Positions 11,101 to 21,155 of a stretch of DNA of 64,000 bases are shown one piece after another. Origin of the DNA: Heptranchias perlo (Eukaryota). Each line of letters begins with the position of its first letter. Position 1 is the stretch's first letter. A program made the translations under genes and the position numbers. The notes beneath the pieces were generated by a model, which was given only the letters and a program-made list of their open reading frames with translations, was not told the DNA's origin and did not search any database. The stretch spans positions 15,624,001 through 15,688,000 of the forward strand of contig NC_090340.1 in assembly GCF_035084215.1 (NCBI RefSeq), read 5' to 3'.

Positions 11101-14100
11101 GATGGCTTGTAAATGAAGGAGGGAGGTACAAATCTCCCTGAAGGGATCCGCAACGGGAGGTTGATGTGCGAGCTGTTCAAAAGCTGAAAGATCATTCCTC
11201 GTCAAATTCGTGCCAAATAAAATGAAACTACACTTAAAATGGATCCATTCTACCAGATGTACGTTCACATCCTGCGCATTTAAATGGAATATTTGGACAT
11301 TTCATTATGTTCATAATCGGAGATCTCTGCGCTCCTCCAATTCTGGCCTCTTGCGCATCCCCGATTTTAATCGCTCCATCATTGGTGGCTGTGCCGTTAG
11401 CTGCCTAGGCCCTAAGCTCTGGAATTCCCTCCCTAAACCTCTCCACCTGTCTACCTCTCTCTCCTCCTTTAAGACGCTCCTTTGACCAAGCTTTTGGTCA
11501 CCTGTCATCCTTATGTGGCTCAGTGTTGAATTTTATTTGATGAAGCTCCTTGGGACGTTAAAGGCGCTCTTTAAATGCAAGTTATTCTTGTTGCCTACCA
11601 GAAGCTGCAGACGATGTTTTCTTGTAAGGCTGATGAGGGGTGTCAGCGCTGGAGAATGGAAGACATTAGGACAGGTGACCAAAAGCTTGGTCAAAGAGGT
11701 CGTTTTTAAGGAGCGTCTTAGAGGAGGAGAGAGAGGTGGAGAGATTTAGGGAGGGAATCCCAGAGCTTAGGGCCTAGGCAGCTGAAGGCACGGCCACCAA
11801 TGGTGGAGCGATGAAAATAGGGGATGCGCAAGAGACCAGAATTGGAGGTGCGCAGAGAGCTCCGAGTATGAACTTAATGAAATGTCCAAATATTCCATTT
11901 AAATGCACAGGATGTGAAAGTCCATCTGGTAGAATGGATCCATTTTGCAGCCGGTGCCCATTGGTCTGGTGTAACACGGCTCGGTGCGATGTAGCTTTAC
12001 TGTTAATAAACTACTCTCACGGGCAGAGAGAAGCTTCCTGAGCCTTAATGTAATGGGATTTGTTTTCTCCATAAATTACATTACCAACTTGCAGCTGATG
12101 TCGTTATAATTCGTGTAGAGCTACTGCCCACAGAATTAAAAGGGACGGAGCCCCCACTGGCAGCCAGTGGACGCCAACATCCCGAAAGACACCTTTGGAA
12201 TTCGCCTGTCCCTGATTCCCTGTGTAGATATGTTTCAATGTTCTACAGCTTCTTATTTCAATCATCTGTTGTTCCTGTAGGCACTGACTCCAATTTACAA
12301 TCAATTACACTGATTTTTGGATGTGCAGGGGGCGCACTGGCAATTATACTCTTGATAATTTTGATAAGGCTCGGATTAAAGGCATCAAATGGTAAGAACC
12401 TTACTTATTTCGCCGAATGCTCTTGTTTTCTACAGTCCAGTTACAAAAACAGTATGTTACAAAGCAGAAAGGACAGGTGAATAGGGATTGATTGTAGAGG
12501 AATAAAGAGCACTTTTTTGCAATTTTAAAGAATGACATTGATATCACAAGAGCGTTGTATGGTTTGGCAGTTGAATATTATAATGTAAACCGCATCTTGA
12601 AATCCAAATATTTCACTTTCCCATTCGAACGATTCGCTCAATTTTTATACTTCTATTTTACAACACCAGGAATCCCTAATGTTCTGCAATGTTTTACTAT
12701 CAGTGCGGGTCCAGATCTTGAAGCGTAAATACTTTGGGGTAGATTTTGATTTTGTGTGATAGTGTAAAACGGGTGATAGCGAATCGGCAGCCCGTCGTAC
12801 ATCTCTTCCGATTTTTATTTCCAATTGACTTCAATGGTGAGAGATGTAAAACGGGCTGCCGACTCGCTACCACCCGTTTTACACTATCCCACAAAGTCAA
12901 GATCTACCCCTTTGGGTGCAGAGTCACTACCGAGTATGAGAAGGTAATGCACAGCATACTACACTGTAAGGGCTGGTGTTTCTAAACATCTTCAAACAGA
13001 TCTGTAACTTAAAGTCTTCTTACTTTACACATTAAATGTGATTAGCATCAAAAGCACATTGTTGGTTTTGCTGGTACACAGAGTAAGTTATTCAATCTGG
13101 ATTTTTGTTCTTTCCTTTAGGCGTTAAGAGAGATTCTGTGGAAGCAGGTCAGCGCGAACAGCCGGTAGGGTGACAATATTCTTTATGTTCCAAAAAGAGG
13201 AGGCAGGGAGAGAAAAGCAATAATATTTTACATTCAGCCAAAAAGATATTAATTATCTTTCATAGAATCTTACAACACATAAGGAGGCCATGGTGCCTGT
13301 GCCGGCTCTTTGAAAGAGCGAACCAATTAGTCCCACTCCCCCGTGGTTTACCCATAGCCCTGCAATTTTTTTTATTTTCAAGTATATATCCAATTAGTTT
13401 TTGAAAGTCACTATTGAATTTGCTTACACCATCCTTTCAGGCAGTGCATTCCAGATTATAACAACTTGCTGCATAAAAAAATCTCCTCAACTTCTCTCTG
13501 GTTCTTTTACCAATTATCTTAAATCTGTGTCTTCTGATTAGGGACCCACCCCATCTACCACAGGAAACAGTTTCTCCTCATTTACTCTATCAAGCCCACT
13601 CATAATTTTGAACAGCTCTATTAAATCTTCCCTTAACTTTCTCTGGTCTAATAAGAACAATCCCAGCTTCTCTGGTCTCTCCACATAACTGAAGTCCCTC
13701 ATCCCTGGCACCATTCGAGTAAATCTCCTCTGCACCCTCTCTAAGGCCTTGACATCCTTCCTCAAGTGTGGTGCCCAGAATTGAACACAATACTCCAGCT
13801 GGGGCCTAACCAGTGATTTATAAAGGTTTAGCATAACTTCCTTGCTTTTGTACTCTATATCTCTATTAATAAAGTCAAGATCGATATTTATATTTACAGT
13901 AGCATATACTGCTTCCCCGTTTCATTCATAATTTCAATTATTTTAAAAATAGGAGGTCCCCAGACACCCCGTTGCTTAAGACGTTTGAGTAGCTGAACCG
14001 GACAGACCAGGAAGGTCCGAGGTGTGGTCCCCGTCCCTGATGTGTTAGCTGATCCAGGCCGGAACAGTGCTGCATGTGCCTCAATTGGTCCCTGCAGCCC

Positions 14101-16014
14101 TGGGTTGGGAAGGCTGGCGGGAGGTGCCCGGGGTCTCAGCTGCTGACTGCTACCCAGAGATGGAAGTCAAACTCAGGCTCCGCTGTAAGGTCCTCCAATA
14201 GGCTGGGCTGGCTGAGAAATAGGAAGGTGGCCAGCACCCCATCCTGAGTTAAAACCTTCAGGAGTAGGGGATGGAAATAATTGGGGAATAAAGTGGCGGG
14301 AGGGGGATGAGCAATGTTTAGTATTCATAGGATGGTTATTAGCCGTGCTTCAAGTAAATCTCATTCTGATTTTAAACATGTGTAAATAATTTGAACGCTA
14401 TGGGTTTCATATTTAGAACATTGCTCCACACCTCCTTATTGGTGAGATATTGGATAAAATCATTGTGAGCGCTGACAGAATGTGATCATACCCTCATTTT
14501 ATCGGTCACCTTCTTCATATTTACACCCACACTCAGTTCCAAGTGATGGTAGCTGGCAGCTGTATCAGACTTTCCCGCTATCAATGTTTCATGTCTTATT
14601 TTTACAGGTTAGACAAGGGCCAACTGAAGAAATTTCCTCCTACGCTACTTTAAATTTGAGAGACGACAAAGGACCTACCAAAGGTAGACACGAGAAGAAG
14701 AACACCGTCCATTCCCAGGTAGAGCAGAGGGACTGGGGCAAAAAATATCCAAACCATTTCTATACAACACTGTGATAACAGGGTCAATTCTAACAATCTG
14801 TACAGAAACGCGGGGGTAATTTTGACTTTGTGCGATAGTGTAAAACAGGTGATAGCGAATCGGCATTTCTCCGGCTGACTGCAATGGAAATAAAAATTGA
14901 GAGAGATATAAAACCGGCCACCTACTTGCCATCAGCCGTTTTACACTGTCGCACAAAGCAACATTATCCCGCTCTGCTTTCGGGTCTGGCTGGGACAAAG
15001 AACTAACAAATTCACCCGATAAGACTGGCAAATATCTATTACAGACGAAGCAAGAAACCGAGTACGCCGCTCTCAATGGAACCGGCACCAGGAAAATTGC
15101 GAAACCCAGACAGAAGGAGGAGAGGACGGTGTACGCCCAGGTACAGCTCAGATCATTCATTCAAATACGATCAATGTTAAGTGATACGACACTGAGCCAC
15201 AGGAAATAGAAAGATCTCAGGTTTAATCCAGTTGTGCTGAGTCTCAGCCAAGGATCATCATTATTGACCTCAGCGCACCAGGGATTGGGGGAGGGGAGAG
15301 AAGGGGGACATGGGGAGAGGAGAGGGGAGAGAAGGGGAGAGGGGGACGGGGTTGGAGGGAGAGAGAGGGAGGGAGGGGTGCAGCTGTGTAGAGCCTATCC
15401 AGTGGGATAAGGAGGTCAAATTGGCTGTCGAGGCTCAGACACCAGAGCCTTAAAACGGTGCTTTGCGATATTAGCATTCCAAATGTGTAACAGACGGGAA
15501 TGAAATTCCTTTGTCATGCCATTTTAATTGAGGTATTAACCTGCTCATTTAAATGGGTTACAATAGCAGACGAACTAATTTCACATGAACGTTAAACCGG
15601 AATACTAGCAAGATTTTCTTGGGGTCCAAGAATAGACTCTTAGGGGAGGGCTGTGGATGCCCCTGGTATTGAGAGTCCACAGAAATAATCGTTTGTAGAG
15701 ACGGGAGAAATCGGAGAGAAAATTAAATAAATCAAAACTAAAGCTGAATGAACTGGCTACGATCTGAAGTTGGTAACTGGTGAGAGGAAATTCATTTCGA
15801 TTGTTCAACCTGTTTGCTGCAAGCAATGAATGGACAATGGACTAACGGGTGTTATTAAACATTACTTTCACAGACTAAACAAGGAGGCAGAGATAACATG
15901 CTGACTTACGCCGCTCTGCAGCTGGCTGATTCCAAGAAAACATCAAAATCTAAACACAAAGACAAGTGTACAGAGTACGCAGAAGTAAACGTGACAAGGA
16001 AAGAGATACGCTGA
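8089..16014 (+). CDS. Whole gene: Ig-superfamily type I receptor, leader-VJ-C1-TM-ITIM/ITSM tail (SIRP-like), 8 coding exons, 385 aa
   Basis: Exons 8089-8143, 8359-8664, 10642-10935, 12281-12391, 13121-13164, 14608-14718, 15045-15140 and 15874-16014 all have GT-AG boundaries and compatible phases (1,1,1,1,0,0,0). They sum to 1158 nt = 385 aa + TGA with no internal stop. Orthology is not established. Confidence 0.85.
8359..8664 (+). CDS. IgSF receptor exon 2, V-set domain with germline-joined J-like G strand
   Basis: DVGVTSSKVDQFP...VSLFCTF...VVWWRQ...EDTGMYYCKV...GDGAGSLITVY: canonical C, W, D-x-G-x-Y-Y-C and GxGxxxxV. Acceptor tttgatag, donor G|gtaagt. Confidence 0.95.
8732..8825. mobile_element. 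Partial third copy of the MITE family
   Basis: gggggtaattttaacttt...ggtgatagcgaat...gttttacac...ttttccattgac. Confidence 0.55.
9235..9665 (-). mobile_element. CR1 LINE fragment with a short inverted 3' piece
   Basis: ORFs 9126-9407 and 9400-9675 (-) encode the CR1 C-terminus (LGLYTLEKRRL, GDLIE); 9235-9301 continues the element on +. Confidence 0.7.
9668..9792 (-). mobile_element. Penelope pLTR fragment with degenerate hammerhead
   Basis: The - strand reads ttCTGACCAA-aggtc-atc-gacct-GAAAC, followed by a tail (acagatgctgcccgacttgctgag...ccagcatttt) that recurs at about 27250-27410, 31300-31380 and 33410-34170. Confidence 0.55.
10642..10935 (+). CDS. IgSF receptor exon 3, C1-set domain
   Basis: VPPTPLEI...LKLECKTAAFYPEHLGISWRRDG...GLYEVSSFL...VYTCLVSHVSL: C1 hallmarks C-x4-FYP, W and Y-x-C-x-V-x-H. 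Donor G|gtaaga. Confidence 0.93.
11236..11946. repeat. Long inverted repeat (about 270-bp arms) containing L2 3' ends plus shared flank
   Basis: 11236-11506 is the reverse complement of 11670-11946 with scattered mismatches. Confidence 0.85.
12281..12391 (+). CDS. IgSF receptor exon 4, transmembrane segment
   Basis: GTDSNLQSITLIFGCAGGALAIILLIILIRLGLKASN; acceptor cctgtag, donor G|gtaaga. Confidence 0.9.
12736..12910. mobile_element. Palindromic MITE with GGGG termini
   Basis: ggggtagattttgattttgtgtgatagtgtaaaacggg ... cccgttttacactatcccacaaagtcaagatctacccc; long TIRs; ttt on both flanks. Confidence 0.8.
13121..13164 (+). CDS. IgSF receptor exon 5, juxtamembrane cytoplasmic exon
   Basis: Strong acceptor ttctttcctttag; GVKRDSVEAGQREQP; donor CCG|gtaggg converts phase 1 to phase 0 as required by the next exon. 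Confidence 0.7.
13260..13880 (-). mobile_element. CR1 LINE 3' fragment
   Basis: ORF 13538-13834: LYKSLVRPQLEYCVQFWAPH. Confidence 0.9.
13985..14275 (+). mobile_element. Old SINE-like interspersed repeat
   Basis: agaccaggaaggtcc...gttagctgatc...aattggtccc...ctgggtt motifs recur at about 15190, 24480, 26260, 46540-46740 (-) and 55135. Confidence 0.45.
14608..14718 (+). CDS. IgSF receptor exon 6, cytoplasmic cassette 1 (SSYATL ITIM)
   Basis: Acceptor tttttacag; VRQGPTEEISSYATLNLRDDKGPTKGRHEKKNTVHSQ; donor CAG|gtagag. Confidence 0.8.
14812..14971. mobile_element. Second copy of the same MITE family
   Basis: gggggtaattttgactttgtgcgatagtgtaaaac ... gttttacactgtcgcacaaag...attatcccg. Confidence 0.75.
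15045..15140 (+). CDS. IgSF receptor exon 7, cytoplasmic cassette 2 (TEYAAL, TVYAQ)
   Basis: Acceptor tattacag; TKQETEYAALNGTGTRKIAKPRQKEERTVYAQ; donor CAG|gtacag. Paralogous to exons 6 and 8. Confidence 0.8.
15874..16014 (+). CDS. IgSF receptor exon 8, terminal cassette (LTYAAL ITIM + TEYAEV ITSM)
   Basis: Acceptor actttcacag; TKQGGRDNMLTYAALQLADSKKTSKSKHKDKCTEYAEVNVTRKEIR-TGA. Confidence 0.85.
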   Translation, partial: TKQGGRDNMLTYAALQLADSKKTSKSKHKDKCTEYAEVNVTRKEIR

Positions 16015-16344
16015 GAATCTAAATACAGTCCGAAGATGGGGGCTATTTACGGGCGCAGGCCCATGGTATTCGATTACACACCATAAAATGTGTGTCTATC
16101 ACTGTTTTCATTTATTGCAGCCAGACTAAGGAATAACGACCTGGAACATCACACATATCGTGTGTGTCTGTTGGAAGGGGCGGGGGGGGGGGGTCACCTT
16201 CAATGCTGCGGCGGTGAGCTGGCGGAACTGATCGTCGGCCCATTATAGAACCAGCCCAAAACTGGGGGTTCCATAGCGACAGTGGGGGGTCTGCAATGCC
16301 AGTTTTGCCCGGGCGGCAAGTTGAAAATCTACTAGGTCCATGTG

Positions 16345-18250
16345 TTAGAATCAGAGAATGATACAGCGCAGGAGGCCATTCGGCCCATCGTCCCTGTAGA
16401 ACTATCCAATTAGTCCCACTCCTCTGCTCTTTCCTCATGGCCCTGCAAATTTTTCCCCCTTCAAGTATTTATCCAATTCCCTTTTTGAAGTCACTAAGGG
16501 GCGTTTTAATTGAATCTGCTTCCACCACCCTTTAAAGGAGTGCATTCCAGATCACAAAGACTCACTGCGTAAAAATGTTTTTCCTCATGTTGCCTCTGGT
16601 TCTTTTGCCAATTACCTTAAATCCGTGCTCTCTGATTACTGACCCTTCTACCACTGGAAACAGTTTCTCCTTATTTACTCAATCAAAAATGTTCATGATT
16701 TTGACCACCTCTATCAAATCTTCTCTGTTCTAAGGGCAACTCCAGCTTCTCCACGCAACTGAAGTCGCTCATCCCTGGTACCATTCTAGCAAATCTCTTC
16801 TGCACCCTCTCTAAGGCCCTCACATTCTTCCTAAAGAGTGGTGCCCAGAATTGAATGCAATATGCCAGCTGAGGCCTAACCAGTATTTTATAAAGGTTTT
16901 ACATAACATCCTCGCTTTTGTACTCTGTGCCTCTATTTATAAAGCCAAGGATTCCATATGCTTTTTAACAACCTTCTCACTTCAAAGATTTGTATATATA
17001 CACCGCCAGGTCTCTCTGCTCCTGCACCCCCTTTAAAATTGTACCATTTAGTTTATATTGCCTCTCCTCTTCTTACCAAAATATATTACTTCACACTTCT
17101 CTGCGTTAAATTTCAACTGCCATGAGTCTGTCCATTTCACCACTCTGTCTACGTCCTCCTGAAGTCTGTTACTACCCTCATTATTTACTACATTTCCGAA
17201 TTTCATGTCATCCGCAAACTTTGAAATTATGCCCTGTATATCCAAGTCCAGGTCATTAATATATATCAAAAAGAGCAGTGGTCCCAACACTGACCCCTGG
17301 GGAACACCATTGTAAACTTCCCTCCAGTCTGAAAAATAACCGTTCACCACTACTCTATTTTCTGTTCCTTCTCCAATTTTGTATCCACGCTGCCACTGTC
17401 CTTTTAATCCCATGGGCCTTAATTTTGCTAACATGTCTATCATGTGGTACTTTATCAAACGCATCAACTGTACTACCCTCATCAACCCTTTCTGTTACTT
17501 CATCAAAGAACTCAATCAAGTTAGTCAAACACAATTTGCCTTTAACAAATCCATACTGATTTTCATTTTTTAGCCCATACTTTTCCAAGTGCCAATTAAT
17601 TTTGTACCGGATTATTGCCTCTAAATATTTCCCACCACCAACATCAGGCTGACTCGCCTGTAATTGCTGGGTTATCCCTCTCCTTTTTGAATGAGAATAG
17701 ATTAGCAGCTAATGTAAAAGGGAACCCAAAAGTCTTTTATAGACATAAATAGTAAAAGGATAGTCTGGGGTGTTTTGCAATTCTCCAGCCCTCTGACACC
17801 ACTCCCACATCTATGGAAGACTGTGGCCAGAGCCTCCGCAATTTTCACCCTTACTTCCCTGACTATCTTAGGCTGCATCCCATCTGGACCGGGCGACTTT
17901 TCTACTTGAGTACTGCCAATCTTTTAAGTACCTCCTCCTTATATATTTTTATCTTTTTCAATATCGCTACTACCTTCTCCTTTACTGAACATTGGCAGCA
18001 TCCTCTTCTTTAGTGAAGACAGATGCAAAGTAATCATTTAGTACCTCAGCTATGCCCTCTGCCTATACAAGATGATCTCCATTTTGGTCCCTAGTTGGCT
18101 CCACTCTTCCTCAGACTATCCTTTTACTATTTATGTCTATAAAAGACTTTTGGGTTCCCCTTTACATTAGCTGCTAATCTAGTCTCATACTCTTTGCCCC
18201 TTATTCCCTTTCCAAGATCTCCTTTGTATTTTCTGTATTCTTACTGGCTC
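16345..18250 (-). mobile_element. CR1 LINE fragment, about 1.9 kb
   Basis: ORFs with [31 protein letters not shown] and CLTNLIEFF. Confidence 0.92.
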
Positions 18251-18422
18251 TGGATTTCAAGTGTACACAATGTATTTTACACAATATATGAACAGGTTGT
18301 CATCAAAATTTTACTATGTCATCTTGACAGCTCTTAAAATTTAGCTTGCATAGTTGAGATCACAGAGATTTATAAGGGGTCCCTTGAAGTCGAATAATCA
18401 ATTCAACTTTTAAAAAAAAATA

Positions 18423-18428
18423 TTTATT
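18423..18428 (-). terminator. Candidate distal poly(A) signal of NUDT21 (AATAAA)
   Basis: tttatt on + at the end of about 3 kb of mostly unique AT-rich sequence, with TGTA immediately upstream and a U-run downstream on the - strand. Confidence 0.45.
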
Positions 18429-20009
18429 TACATTTATAATTTGTTAAACAAACATTTGTCTTTTAAAATCCACTGTCTGCTTGTTACTGCTTTAGGCAAC
18501 AGCAGTTATTTGTTGTGAATGCTACCTGTATTGTGGTCTGAGTACCCATTAAACTCATACCCCTATAAAAAAAGCCTACAGTCCCTCCAACCAATACACA
18601 GAACTATTTCTTAAATTATTTTCAAGATCCTATTTGAAGTAGCCCAGTTTCAATATAGGGCCAGATAAGCATAAACCCACAGGGAAACAAATAAGTCCTA
18701 CTCTTAAAAGAGACAACATCACAAAAATTGCCCAAAGCTGGTCCACCAAAACCATTTTAAACAAAATGAAAACCAAAATAGTATCAAAATCAAAATGGAA
18801 AACGAAATAGGGTGCCCACCGGGTTTTTTTTTCCAACCTCCACTACACAAGGTAAATTGAGTTGGAGAGGAGTACAGTGCCAACATCAACTATTAAAATA
18901 TAAAAGCAAATTATAACAAAAGGCACATTTCCTCCTGCTCCAAGAGAAGCATAGCTCAGAGTTCAACTCTACAGTTCCAACTGGGTAATAGCAACAACAC
19001 AGCCTTTGTACAGCCAACATGGATTGTTTGGCTCATGAACCAATAGGATGTGGTCTGGGGTGTTGCAAAATGCATCAGCTAGCTAAGCCAATGCAATTTC
19101 TTCATAGGCTGCAGTTAGTGAAAGGGCACCATAGCAGAACAGGATGCAGTTTATTTCTAGGTTGGTGTGACTATCGATCCAGAAAGGGACTTTCGAATAC
19201 ACAAAAGACAGGTGGATTCAGACTTGAGATGTGTGTTCAGGTTTTGTATACCTTATGACCAGAGTATAGGGGTTTAGTTAGAGGCTTTTCAACAAATATT
19301 TGTACTTCTGCTCAAGAACACATTTGGTAGAATTTGTCAACTCTACTTTATAAATCGGATTATAAACTCTGATCAAAGTTTACACAAACTGTTGTCAGCG
19401 GCTAGTCAGTATTGGTACCAATGCACCAGAGGTCTCGCCAATGTAGTGCAGGCAAGAGGCGAGCAAGCATTTTGGTACCAATGGACAATAGGGGGAAAAA
19501 AAAACCCACTGGCTCTGACATTTCACAGGGCTACTACCATCAATACCCTGCTGCAACTTTAGCAGACCGGCAGCAATCCCAAAGAAACAACACAAGCAGT
19601 CGTTTATCATTTCTCTCGGGTTGCCAAAGTTACAGCAGGAGACCAGTGGAATTTCAGGGACACTACATTTAATCTAATGCGCTTTGCACTTCTTGTATAA
19701 TACAAGTTCATCTTCTCAATATCACTCCCGTGACAGACCCATTCCCATCCTGCTACTTCATGTTTTGCAGTTCGCTCCAGGCACAGACTAGCTGTAGAAG
19801 GAAAAATATTACCATAATTGCATGCAGCATTTTCACAGGTCAGGTGGCCCATTATGAATTAGTACCAGTGCCCAGCATCTGCCAGAGGTAATGTACAGCC
19901 TACTGACAGAATGAAGTGCAATACTACATTGATGTACAGCATCAAAAGGGTCAGATTTATAACAATGTTTGCAAAGTTCAGACAGTACAGCAAGTCACTT
20001 TTCAAAAAA

Positions 20010-20125
20010 TCCTTCTTTGGATGTGGATGGCATGGGCAAGGCCACATTTGTTGCTTCATGAGAAGGTCATGGTGGGCCTTCTCCTTGAATTGCTGCAGTC
20101 CTTGTGATGATGGTACACCCACATT
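20010..20125 (-). mobile_element. 3' end fragment of the LINE family found at 28610
   Basis: ORF 19859-20122 (GLQQFKEKAHHDLL) resembles the 3' end at 30600-30740. Confidence 0.55.
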
Positions 20126-21068
20126 CTAACTAATCATATCTGAGTTGCTAAGAAGGAACTCAGGCACCTAACTCATTTTTGATGCATTTGTAGTAACGTG
20201 AAATAAACACCTAATCATTCCAAGTTTCAGTATCTAGACTTCAGTATAAACAATTAAAATAGACATTTCCAAAGTCAGAACTTGAAAATTGGAGCTAAAG
20301 GGTGAATAAACCATTGACTTCGCTCCCACTGGAGACAAACAAAACCAGACTTGAACATGGCTCGTTACCTTTCAAGCTACAATCACCTGGTGAAAGATTT
20401 TCATCCCTCCCCAGGACAAGCTTTTAGTAACTTTCGTCCAGTTCAAACTGAATTTTTCTTTTGTGGCTTCCAGCATTCCCTCCCACCCCTTAATTTTTGA
20501 ATACATTTGACTCAAAAGTTCATAAAAGATACACAGGCAGCCTTATACCTGCCTGCATTTTGACATTTACCATACTACCACTGATTCTAAATACTTCAAT
20601 TTGCTGCAGAAGATTATTTAACACAGAAAATCTAAATTACACTCAAACACTGCAGCAAATCGGACAGGCCCATAAACCAGCAGCATGGAAGCAGCAGTCA
20701 GATAAATTACACACCTCAAATAACATGGTACCAAGCATACAGCTAATAGAAAACGTTACTGTTTGGGCTATTAACTCTGCCTATTATACACGAACAGTAT
20801 GAAGCCAAGAGTCAGAGTTCCAGATCTGTTAAAAACCAGACCAAAACTCCATGAGACTGGAACCGGACTAGAAAATTACTGGTCCAGAGAAAAAAAACTC
20901 ATGTTTCTACAGTACAAGCCGAAGCAGCAGATTCAGATCAGTGAACGTTTTATCAATTCATCCATTAGGTTTTTACAATTAAAAAGTTGAAATAAATAGG
21001 GTGAAATACAAACACACACAAACGACAGCTAATTAAAACTCTCAAAAATAAAAAGGTACATGTGTCCA

Positions 21069-21074
21069 TTTAAT
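21069..21074 (-). terminator. Candidate poly(A) signal of NUDT21 (ATTAAA) with GU-rich downstream element
   Basis: tttaat on +; the - strand reads U-rich and then TGTGTGTGTTTGTA about 50-65 nt downstream. Confidence 0.45.
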
Positions 21075-21149
21075 AAAGTAGAAAATGCAAACAATTACAC
21101 AAGCAAAAAAACAATTTTTTAAAAAAAAGGGCCAGTTAAGTTCCGTGGC

Positions 21150-21155
21150 TTTATT
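21150..21155 (-). terminator. Candidate proximal poly(A) signal of NUDT21 (AATAAA)
   Basis: tttatt on +, about 195 nt after the stop codon, with a U-rich tract downstream on the - strand. Confidence 0.5.
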
